Sequence record: NC_049340.1 | Direction: 5' to 3' (one strand) | DNA: 64,000 nucleotides | Shown here: one piece after another, positions 32,265 to 41,027 of the stretch | Position numbering within the stretch: position 1 is the first letter of the stretch | Layout: each line of letters opens with the position of its first letter | Notes under the pieces: model-generated | Seen by the model: only the letters and a program-made list of their open reading frames with translations | Told to the model about the DNA's origin: nothing | The model's database searches: none | Made by a program: the position numbers and the translations under genes

Positions 32265-32656
32265 CACTATTAAAAATACTAAAAACTGAACGAGAATTTG
32301 AACCACTATTTGAATTAGTTGAGTTCGACCCAAGAACAAACAAGCAAGTAAATAAAATACAGGAGTTCCATAAATTAGGAATCATGGTTGATTGTGATGG
32401 TGATTCTTGGATTGGATTAAAAACTGGTAAATACGATACAGTACAAACAAAATTCAATGAATATGTTTATAAGTGTAAAAATTCAGCATACCCACAAATG
32501 GCTGATAAAGTACGGTTATATGATATAACAAAAATGCCAAGTGATGATGTTGAGAAGTTATTAACACATAGCGGTATTGTAAAGAATCTATTAAATAAAA
32601 AAGAATATCCATACACACAAGGAACATCTTTTGATGAATATGAATTAGTTGAATAA
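32261..32656 (+). CDS. Hypothetical protein
   Basis: ORF track. Confidence 0.65.
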   Translation: MTLLKILKTEREFEPLFELVEFDPRTNKQVNKIQEFHKLGIMVDCDGDSWIGLKTGKYDTVQTKFNEYVYKCKNSAYPQMADKVRLYDITKMPSDDVEKLLTHSGIVKNLLNKKEYPYTQGTSFDEYELVE

Positions 32657-32669
32657 TAAATAAAAGTAA

Positions 32670-34295
32670 ATGAAAGGAATTATACAAACATGTAAGGTTG
32701 AATTAAAAATTAATGATAATAATTGGGCTATTTTAGTAACACCAATTGAAAATAAAGATGCATTAAGAAAAAATTATACAGAACCAAATGAACGTTTATT
32801 TTTGGTTCAGTTGATATTGTTAATGGAATTGTAATTGGTTTCGTTGATGAATATGGGTTAATACAACCACACAAACCAATTAAATTCAAACCAGTAGATT
32901 ATTTTTCAAGTTTATCAGATTATATTCTAAATTCTGATGGTACTGTAACACCTGAAATTGTAACCGATAAAATAATTAATTCATTACCTAAAGATGCTAT
33001 TAATGAAACGACTAAACTATTGGATATTTCGGCTAAACAAGGAGAGTTTGTATATGCTGTCTATAAGAAGTTTGGGAAAAAAGTAGCAAATAACTTTTAT
33101 TCTGTTCCTACTTCAAAAAATAGCTTATGAGTTTACTAGAAAAGTATATACACTTTTAGAATTAGATGTAAACAATATTGAAGAAAACTACACCTCATAC
33201 GATTTAATTGAAGAAAACGAATTAATTGTAGATGATAACTTATTAATAAACAACAACACTATGAAATTTGATATAATTGTCGGAAATCCACCTTATCAAC
33301 AAAAAGATGATGGTACGAATAAAAATAGTGCATCTCCTATTTATAATCAATTTGTTGATGTATCCAAATCTCTTAATCCTAAAAATATATCAATGATTAT
33401 ACCTACAAGATGGTATGCAGGTGGTAAAGGATTAGATTCATTTAGAGATGAAATGTTAGATGATATACATATTGAAGAATTACACGATTTCCTTAAGCCA
33501 GATTTAATTTTTCAAAATATTAATCTTAGAGGTGGTATTTGTTATTTTCTATGGAATGAAGATTATGATAATACAGAGAATTTAACAAAAGTATTTACAT
33601 ATCAAGATGATTTAAAACCAAAGCTAAATTCAAGACATTTAAGAACATCTGATTCTGACATACTTATTCGTCATAGTCTAGCAGTTGATATACTTAAAAA
33701 GGTAAAATCTTATTCTGGTTTTGAATCATTTGAAAGTTCTATTTCATCAAGAAAACCATTTGGCTTAGAAGGTAATATTGTTAAAAATCCAAGCGTTTTT
33801 AGACCAATTAAAAGTGGCTTGAAAAATTCTGTTATTTGTTATGGAAAAGGTATAAAAAAAGGCTATTTAGAAAGAGCAGAAATAACAAAAAATATAAATT
33901 GGATAGACAATTATAAAGTTTTTACACCAAGAGCAAACAACATTGGTACAGAATTAAATGATGATAATTTAAACACATTTATTGGTAAACCTAATACAAT
34001 TTGTACTGAATCTTATATTGTGGTAGGTGTTGATTTAAAATTAAACGAATTATCTGCATCAAACCTTTGTAAATTCTTTAAAACAAAATTTGCTAGATTT
34101 CAGCATAGTGTTGGAAAAGCAAGTCAAGATGCAACTTCCAAAACTTATAAATTTATTCCGCTTCAAGATTTTACTCCAAAATCAGACATAGATTGGACAA
34201 AAACTATAGAAGAAATAGACAGTCAATTATACAAAAAGTACAAACTAACAACCAAAGAAATAGAATTTATTGAAAGTATGATAAAACCAATGTAA
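32670..34295 (+). CDS. Chimeric N6-adenine DNA methyltransferase (Eco57I-like, gamma class): phage N-terminus fused to host MTase; two homopolymer frameshifts (~32800, ~33117)
   Basis: VTPEIVTDKII (motif X), LLDISAKQGEF (motif I), SKIAYEFTRKVY, GNPPY (motif IV), MIIPTRW. Confidence 0.75.
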
Positions 34296-34421
34296 ATATG
34301 GAGAATAGCCAACGCTAGATTAAAGCACATTTATTTTTTGCAAACGCTAAAAGCCAACGCACACAAAAAATAAAAAGAGCTTGTCCTTCCCTACCGTCAC
34401 CCATAGATAATGATAATTTTA

Positions 34422-34440
34422 ATACTCATTTGATGAGTAT
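34422..34440. promoter_or_regulatory. Palindromic operator upstream of XRE regulator
   Basis: ATACTCAT-ttg-ATGAGTAT perfect inverted repeat. Confidence 0.55.
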
Positions 34441-34488
34441 ATTTTAAAAATTTACTTAAATTAGTGGTCTGAATAAAAACAATTCAAA

Positions 34489-34689
34489 ATGAACCGAATA
34501 AAAGAGGTTTTAGAAGGAAAGGGAATAAAACAAATATGGTTAGCTGAACAGTTAGGCAAGAGCTACAATATGGTTCATTCCTATGTTCAAAATAAAAGAC
34601 AACCAAGTTTAGAAGACTTGTACAAAATAGCTAAAATATTGAATGTAGAAGTCAATGAATTATTAGTATCAATAAAAGAACTGAATTGA
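34489..34689 (+). CDS. XRE-family HTH regulator (controller-like)
   Basis: MNRIKEVL...WLAEQLGKS...RQPSLEDLYKIAKIL. Confidence 0.9.
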   Translation: MNRIKEVLEGKGIKQIWLAEQLGKSYNMVHSYVQNKRQPSLEDLYKIAKILNVEVNELLVSIKELN

Positions 34690-35693
34690 GTATACAAATA
34701 GACATATTAGAAAATGAAATATTAGAACAATATCCAAATGTTCTTGATATTCTACTACGTGATTATACCACAAAAAAAAATATAATTTGGGCAACTGAAA
34801 ACTACGAATATTTAGGGCAAACATACGAACAAACTAAACAAATTTTACCTGAACTTATTACAGGAGAAAACGGTAATTTAATAATTCCGAGAGTACAGAA
34901 AGATATAGTATTACAACTATCAAGAGTTAAAAATATGGCCGAAGTATTTACGCCATCTTGGGTTTGTAATGCTCAAAATAATTTAATAGACAATGCCTGG
35001 TTTCAAAAAGAAAACATTTTCAATACAGAAATTCAATTAACAAATGGTAATCCTTATTGGAAGGTAAATTCAAATAAAATCATCTTTCCTAAAGACAAAA
35101 CTTGGCAAGATTATATAAGTGATAAACGTTTAGAAATTACTTGCGGAGAAGCACCATATATTACAAGTCGTTATGATACTACTACGGGAATATTTATTCC
35201 AATAAATGAAAGAATTGGACTTTTAGACCGAAAACTTAGAGTAATCAATGAAAATGTTGATTCAGAAAATAATTGGTTAAAAGCTGTAAAGATAGCTTTT
35301 GAAAGCACATATGCTTTTGAGTGGCAAGGTGATAGTTTATTGTTAGCTCGTGAAGCTATGCTATTCACGTTTATAGAAAACTTCAAACTAAAATTCAACA
35401 AAGAACCTTTATTGAAATCTATTCAAGATATAGCATATATCATTTCTTGGAATGTTTGGCAAATGGACGGTTTAAAAGGTGTCGTTCCAAATTCGTGTGC
35501 TTCTGAAAGTACTATAACAACAAATCTTTTTGGAGAAATTGTAACAAAAAATTCCATTTGCTTAGGTTGTAACAAAAATGAAATCACAAAACATAATGGT
35601 TCTTATTGCATAATAAAAGATTGGACTAAAAAAGACAGTACTTCAAATAAAATGGGAAAAACAATTAAATATATAGACCTACTTCAACAATAA
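34686..35693 (+). CDS. R-M-associated SAM-binding protein ('restriction endonuclease subunit M' type)
   Basis: AEVFTPSWVC, LEITCGEAPY, YAFEWQGD, SWNVWQMDG. Confidence 0.75.
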   Translation: MSIQIDILENEILEQYPNVLDILLRDYTTKKNIIWATENYEYLGQTYEQTKQILPELITGENGNLIIPRVQKDIVLQLSRVKNMAEVFTPSWVCNAQNNLIDNAWFQKENIFNTEIQLTNGNPYWKVNSNKIIFPKDKTWQDYISDKRLEITCGEAPYITSRYDTTTGIFIPINERIGLLDRKLRVINENVDSENNWLKAVKIAFESTYAFEWQGDSLLLAREAMLFTFIENFKLKFNKEPLLKSIQDIAYIISWNVWQMDGLKGVVPNSCASESTITTNLFGEIVTKNSICLGCNKNEITKHNGSYCIIKDWTKKDSTSNKMGKTIKYIDLLQQ

Positions 35694-35697
35694 AATT

Positions 35698-35757
35698 ATG
35701 TCAAATAACAAAATAGATATAGATGTACTAAATGATATGATTGTTGGTAGAGTGTAA
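35698..35757 (+). pseudogene. First 19 codons of a large R-M nuclease/helicase subunit (truncated)
   Basis: MSNNKIDIDVLNDMIVGRV*, resembling the IIVGRVEPHIY N-terminus that follows subunit M, as recalled. Confidence 0.5.
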
Positions 35758-35854
35758 GTAATGAAATTTTTTGACTGCAATAAACATAAATGGCAAGACT
35801 GTGAATGTACCACAGAATGTCGAAGAGGAAATAAAGAATTAAAAACAGAAGAAC

Positions 35855-36421
35855 ATGAAAAAAGTAACGTATTATTTTGCGACACAATTAAAGGACGTAG
35901 ATAATAAATTCCAAGAAGCACAAGTATCCATTCCATCAACATCATTACATTTTGATGATATTGATACACATGCACGAGGATTAGAAACAGAAAGACACGT
36001 AACCTTATATTTTAGTGTTACAGAGAATGACCATATATCATTGGTTAACCTTGAAGCTGGATTAAGACATGTAGTACCACAAGTTGATTTAGATACAGAG
36101 GTTGAAATAACCGATGTTTTTGTATTCAAGACAGATAAGTATGAGGCTATTGTTGCTAAGACAAACAATGAATCACTTAATGAGGTGAACGCAAAGTTGG
36201 TTAGTCATATGATGTTATATGGTATTGAACCAATGAGGAAAGAATTTAAACAACACGTAACATTAGGTTATGTTAAAGTTGGTGAATCTGATAAATTAAT
36301 ACCACAATTAAAAGATAAATTAGTTGGAACTAAATTTATTGTTGATGTTTTTAAGACCGCTAGAACCGACAAAGCGGAAACATATAAAACAAAGGTTGAA
36401 ACTGAATTAAAATTTGTGTAA
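35855..36421 (+). CDS. 2H phosphoesterase, T4 gp57B/Acb1-like
   Basis: GLETERHVTL and FKQHVTLGYVKVG, two HxT motifs. Confidence 0.75.
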   Translation: MKKVTYYFATQLKDVDNKFQEAQVSIPSTSLHFDDIDTHARGLETERHVTLYFSVTENDHISLVNLEAGLRHVVPQVDLDTEVEITDVFVFKTDKYEAIVAKTNNESLNEVNAKLVSHMMLYGIEPMRKEFKQHVTLGYVKVGESDKLIPQLKDKLVGTKFIVDVFKTARTDKAETYKTKVETELKFV

Positions 36422-36501
36422 TATGTTTAAGTGGAATCAAGAGGCTGATACATTCGCATAATATTATTTATTCAACAGACGTATCCAAAGATTATAATTA
36501 C

Positions 36502-36936
36502 ATGTGTTCTGCATTAACTTCACAAATTAATTATAACGAATCACAAGTTGAAATTGACGAACAGGAAGAGTTTATTGATTATGAAGATAGTGAAAATTAT
36601 TACCACTTTAAAGATATTATAAAGGAAGTGGAGATTGAACACTCAAAAATTTCATACTCACAACCAATAACCAATAATAAAAATCAATCAGATTATTTAA
36701 CATCGGTTGCCATATTCTTTACACAAGCACCATCTAAGTATGATATTGAGGTTATTATACAAAGTCTTAGAAAGTTTATAGACCATCCAACAGTTAAGGT
36801 TCTTGGTTTGCGTGTAGCATCATTAAAAGAAACTGGATTTATTGAACCATTCTATGATTTAGTATTACAGGAATATGATGTTGATTCATCTATGTTAAGT
36901 ACAACACATGCAAAATATTTAAACGAATTACAATAA
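36502..36936 (+). CDS. Hypothetical protein
   Basis: ORF track. Confidence 0.6.
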   Translation: MCSALTSQINYNESQVEIDEQEEFIDYEDSENYYHFKDIIKEVEIEHSKISYSQPITNNKNQSDYLTSVAIFFTQAPSKYDIEVIIQSLRKFIDHPTVKVLGLRVASLKETGFIEPFYDLVLQEYDVDSSMLSTTHAKYLNELQ

Positions 36937-36939
36937 ATA

Positions 36940-37125
36940 GGGTATTAGACAGTCGAAAGTCAATGCTTAAATTATCGTGAAGAGTCGAAGCCTAGTAACA
37001 TGTTATATGGCAGGGAAGTCACCTAGTGGAAATGCATGAAAGTAGAAATACAAAGTCGAGTACGAATGGTGAACTATGTACGAGGTAAAGGCGTAGCGTA
37101 AGTTCAAATCTTACATAACATGTTA
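36940..37125 (+). ncRNA. Candidate structured RNA with tRNA-like T-arm
   Basis: GC-richer intergenic tract; 11-bp stem 36996-37006/37115-37125 next to GTAAG-TTCAAAT-CTTAC. Confidence 0.45.
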
Positions 37126-37128
37126 TAT

Positions 37129-37159
37129 AAAACACCACCCAAATTTGGTGGTGTTTGTT
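37129..37159 (+). terminator. Intrinsic terminator
   Basis: aaacaccacc-caaattt-ggtggtgttt. Confidence 0.75.
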
Positions 37160-37188
37160 TTATACATTAAAATAAAAACTTATACAAT

Positions 37189-38631
37189 ATGAATACATTA
37201 ATTATTGATGGTACATTCATGGCGCAACGTAACCGTAATGCAGGTGGATTTACTTTCTTAGATAACCCAAACCGTGACCGAGCCGAGTTATTAGAGGGGT
37301 TAGCAAACACAATTGTTGCTGAAATGAATCAATTTAAAGGTTTAATTTCACGTGTTGTTTGGTGTTTGGATTACTCTTCATGGAGAAAAAATATATCACC
37401 AGTTTTACCATTAGGTATGGATAATATAGGTGGTGATGCAGACTATAAAGCAAACCGTGACCATTCAGATTACGACTCAGCTAAATTTTGGGATGCTGTT
37501 AACGAATTTACTGAAATGTTATCAAAGGCTGGTGTTTGTGTAATTAAACAATATGGTGCTGAGGCTGATGATTCATCATATATAGCATCTAGAATATTAT
37601 CTAATAAAGGATTGAAGTCTATTCTATGGTCATCAGATGGTGATTATAAATCATTCGTAGAACCAAATGTTTTATTATTTAAAATGCCTAAGAGGGAACT
37701 ATATAAGATACCAACAGAAAAGAAAAACTTAATGGAGTCTGTGTTTGGTGGTGGTGTTGACCCAACAAATCAAATAATTGAATCAGCAGGTGGTCAAAGT
37801 TTGGTACATGAAGTGCATCCATTATACTTTGTTTTAGAGCAGATTGTTAGAGGTCAGAAAAAAGATAATATACCACCATTAATTCAATGGTTATCATCAA
37901 CTGGAACAAGACAATACAGACCATCAGAAACACACGTCAAAAAGACATTAAGTGAGTTAAATTTAACACAAAAAGATTTAACCGAGGATATGTTATATGA
38001 TGAATCATTTATTAGTTCATTTGTGCGTAAATTATTACCAATAACAAAAGTTGATGGTTCTCTTAAAATTAAAAAAATAACTAAGAAGTCGTTAGTTGAT
38101 TATAACATAATTTTAAAGAAAGGTATTGATACTTACGAAAGTCCTGTTGATGAAAATGCTTATGACTTTAATGTGTTATCACACTTAATGCATGTACTTA
38201 CCGAAGAATTAAACTTAGTAATGACCAATACAACATTAAGTAATGCATATGATAAAATCATTAACCAACAACCAACAAATGAAAATGTTAATGATGCATT
38301 AAAATCTATTGGTGTTGATAACTTCAACTACACACTATTATTTGACCCAGCATTTTTATCTGAGTTACATAGAATTTGTTACACTAATAAAGTTGTTGAA
38401 CATAGCTTAGGTGTTTGGGCATCTTCTAGAAAATTAGCATATGTTTCTAAAAAAGAAATACCAAGTGATTTGTGGGAATCTTGTACAAAAACTTTAATAA
38501 GTGAGTTCAAAACAAAGAAGTTAGATAAATCAAAATTTAAAAGTGGTCAGTCATTAATGGCAACAGTTGCACCAAAACAAAATGATGGTTCATTCTTTGG
38601 TAACTTCAATTTAGAAGATGTTGACTTATGA
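37189..38631 (+). CDS. rnh: 5'-3' exonuclease/RNase H (T4 rnh, FEN-like)
   Basis: LIIDG, WCLD..SWRK, YKANR, EADD, SSDGD, GQKKDNIP. Confidence 0.8.
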   Translation: MNTLIIDGTFMAQRNRNAGGFTFLDNPNRDRAELLEGLANTIVAEMNQFKGLISRVVWCLDYSSWRKNISPVLPLGMDNIGGDADYKANRDHSDYDSAKFWDAVNEFTEMLSKAGVCVIKQYGAEADDSSYIASRILSNKGLKSILWSSDGDYKSFVEPNVLLFKMPKRELYKIPTEKKNLMESVFGGGVDPTNQIIESAGGQSLVHEVHPLYFVLEQIVRGQKKDNIPPLIQWLSSTGTRQYRPSETHVKKTLSELNLTQKDLTEDMLYDESFISSFVRKLLPITKVDGSLKIKKITKKSLVDYNIILKKGIDTYESPVDENAYDFNVLSHLMHVLTEELNLVMTNTTLSNAYDKIINQQPTNENVNDALKSIGVDNFNYTLLFDPAFLSELHRICYTNKVVEHSLGVWASSRKLAYVSKKEIPSDLWESCTKTLISEFKTKKLDKSKFKSGQSLMATVAPKQNDGSFFGNFNLEDVDL

Positions 38632-38882
38632 TGATGGAAATGTTTTATGCGATAGGATTGTTAATAACAACAGTCCTTTCGTTCTTAGCTGGTAAGAGGG
38701 TAGAAGATAAATTAATGGATATTTATGATGAAATTGGTCAAGTAGATATTGAAGATTTATCAGATGAAATGCAAGAAAAAATTGGATATATGGGGATGCT
38801 TGTTTCCGCATTATATATTTGTGGTTCAATTTCCTTTGTTATATTAATGTTAAAAATAATAATTAAAATTTATAGTAATTAA
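38628..38882 (+). CDS. Small two-TM membrane protein
   Basis: Two hydrophobic segments. Confidence 0.6.
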   Translation: MMMEMFYAIGLLITTVLSFLAGKRVEDKLMDIYDEIGQVDIEDLSDEMQEKIGYMGMLVSALYICGSISFVILMLKIIIKIYSN

Positions 38883-40466
38883 ATGAAACAAAATTTAGAT
38901 ATACTAAGATATATTTTAGAGAATGGTGATGAAAAATCTGATAGAACTGGTGTAGGAACTATATCATGTTTTGGATTACAAATGCAACCAATTGACCTTA
39001 GAAAAGGTTTTCCGATAGAAACAACAAAGAAGATATTTTTTGATTCTGTAATACATGAAAATCTTTGGTTTTTAATGGGTACTGATAGGATAGATTATTT
39101 AGAGGAAAATGGTGTATCAATATGGAGGGATTGGTGTCCTATAAGTGGTAAGTATTTTAGAGATAAAAGAGTAATCGGATTAGTTGGTAAGAAAAAAGAT
39201 AAAACATTCAAACTAGTTAAAGATTTTAAATACCCTACAGAATTTAGGAAAGATGAATCTAGTATAGATTATCATTTGGCTGGTATTTGGCATAAAATGA
39301 TGAATAGGTGTTATAATAAAAAATCACATAATTATAGATTTTATGGTGGTAAGGGTGTTACTGTACATAATGATTGGCAAGATTGTGAAACATTTATCAG
39401 AGAATCTAAAGAAATTTTCAACTGGGATAACAAACTTGAAGATTGGAATGATTATCAATTAGATAAAGATTATTATAGTTCAAATTACTATTCTAAAGAA
39501 ACTTGTATTTGGTTACATAGATTAGAAAATTCAATTTACACTACAGAATTTAAACCATTTAAGTTAATAATAAACGGTAAATCTATTACTTGTTTAACAA
39601 CAAAAGAAGCTGAAATAAAAAGTGGAATACCTTGGACTAATTTAAATAGATGGTCTAATAATGGTATTTCTGACAGATGTGATTTGAAATATAGGTGGAT
39701 TAAAAATATAAAAATAGAATATTTACCTAAATATAAAACTAGAAATTATAGATTACTCTTTAGAATTGGTTCAGTAGGTGCAATGTATGGTGTTCAATGG
39801 AATAAATGGAAAACATCAGATGGTAAAGAAATCAATCAAATACAAAATATGATTGATAGACTAAAGAATAATCCTGATTGTAGAAGAAATATTGTAACTT
39901 CTTGGAATCCTGAAACTGTTCCAGTAGATGGATTATCATTTGAAGAGAATATCGCTAATGGTAAGGGTGCATTAGCTAATTGTCATGGATTCTTTCAAGT
40001 GTATACAGCAAAAGTTTTTGGTAGTGAGCGAATGGAGTTATTCAAAAAAGAATATCCTGATAAGTATATGAAAGAAGTCTATGAAGATGTACCACAATCA
40101 AAATTCGATGAATATTTAGATAGTGTTGGATTCCCATCAAGATATTTAGATATGAAAATGTATCAAAGAAGTTGTGATGCTTTCATTGGTAAATTCTTTA
40201 ATACAGCAGGTTACTCACTTTTAATGCATATGATTGGTCAAGTTGTTAATATGATTCCTAGATACTTTATACATTCTTTTGGTGATGTTCATATTTATAA
40301 GAATCACATAGAACAAGTAAAGTTACAGTTAAGTAGGGATGAAAGACCGATACCAACTTTAAAACTTAATAAGGATATAAAAAATATTTATGACTTCAAA
40401 TTTGAAGATATTGAACTAATTGGATATGACCCACACCCATGGATTAAAGCACCAATTGCAATATAA
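38883..40466 (+). CDS. thyA: Thymidylate synthase with in-frame HNH-type endonuclease insertion
   Basis: DRTGVGT, IWRDW, ALANCH, YQRSCD, GDVHIY..H; ~209-aa insert between IWRDW and GSVGAMYG. Confidence 0.9.
   Translation: MKQNLDILRYILENGDEKSDRTGVGTISCFGLQMQPIDLRKGFPIETTKKIFFDSVIHENLWFLMGTDRIDYLEENGVSIWRDWCPISGKYFRDKRVIGLVGKKKDKTFKLVKDFKYPTEFRKDESSIDYHLAGIWHKMMNRCYNKKSHNYRFYGGKGVTVHNDWQDCETFIRESKEIFNWDNKLEDWNDYQLDKDYYSSNYYSKETCIWLHRLENSIYTTEFKPFKLIINGKSITCLTTKEAEIKSGIPWTNLNRWSNNGISDRCDLKYRWIKNIKIEYLPKYKTRNYRLLFRIGSVGAMYGVQWNKWKTSDGKEINQIQNMIDRLKNNPDCRRNIVTSWNPETVPVDGLSFEENIANGKGALANCHGFFQVYTAKVFGSERMELFKKEYPDKYMKEVYEDVPQSKFDEYLDSVGFPSRYLDMKMYQRSCDAFIGKFFNTAGYSLLMHMIGQVVNMIPRYFIHSFGDVHIYKNHIEQVKLQLSRDERPIPTLKLNKDIKNIYDFKFEDIELIGYDPHPWIKAPIAI
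39138..39764 (+). mobile_element. In-frame HNH-type endonuclease domain within ThyA (boundaries approximate)
   Basis: WHKMMNRCY...YGGKGVTV...W, LDKDYYSSNYYSKETCIW...N, NUMOD1/HTH-like tail. Confidence 0.75.
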
Positions 40467-40500
40467 AAACAAGGCACTTAATGTGCCTTGTTTTTTGTTT
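40466..40500. terminator. Intrinsic terminator
   Basis: aaaaacaaggcac-ttaat-gtgccttgttttt. Confidence 0.8.
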
Positions 40501-40550
40501 TTATACATATTTGACAATACATTGTTTTATTACACAAAATTAAACAATAT

Positions 40551-41012
40551 ATGAATAACCAAAATGAATTAATAGACCAAATAGATTATTTCCCATTCTT
40601 ACGTGCATTTTGGTCAACTGATGGTACATATGAAAGGTTAACTAATAGAGCCAAGCAAGCACATATACGCAATCTATGGCAATTACTTTCACGTGACCAA
40701 CCTCAGATTATGCAGATGTTAAATAAGGAATACAATGTGGCTGTTATGGATGCAATTCACGAAGCATCAAAACACGCTAACCGACAACCACAGTATTGTT
40801 ATATTAAGGCTAGACCAAAAAACTCAAAGACTTTAGATAGGATTAAAAAATTCTCACCATGGGTTGTAAATGAATTTAGAACATCCAACAATTTAGATTT
40901 AAAGGATTATGAGTTCTTTTGTGATATCGAACCTGATTTAGTGATTGCATCTATGGATGCCATAGAAAAAACACTACAACAAGTTAAGAAACCTAAAAAG
41001 ACAAAGAGATAA
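40551..41012 (+). CDS. Hypothetical protein, possibly gp62-like clamp-loader small subunit
   Basis: Size and helical pattern only. Confidence 0.35.
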   Translation: MNNQNELIDQIDYFPFLRAFWSTDGTYERLTNRAKQAHIRNLWQLLSRDQPQIMQMLNKEYNVAVMDAIHEASKHANRQPQYCYIKARPKNSKTLDRIKKFSPWVVNEFRTSNNLDLKDYEFFCDIEPDLVIASMDAIEKTLQQVKKPKKTKR

Positions 41013-41027
41013 ATAACCATACATAAT

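Noticed and set aside
36996-37125. Canonical tRNA, tmRNA or retron msr-msd
   Set aside because: No anticodon arm or CCA, no G3-U70 or tag frame, and no reverse transcriptase in the window.
39135-39767. Intein or group I intron in thyA
   Set aside because: It starts near a Cys but lacks intein blocks and the terminal HN, and the insert is fully coding with no recognisable P7-type elements.
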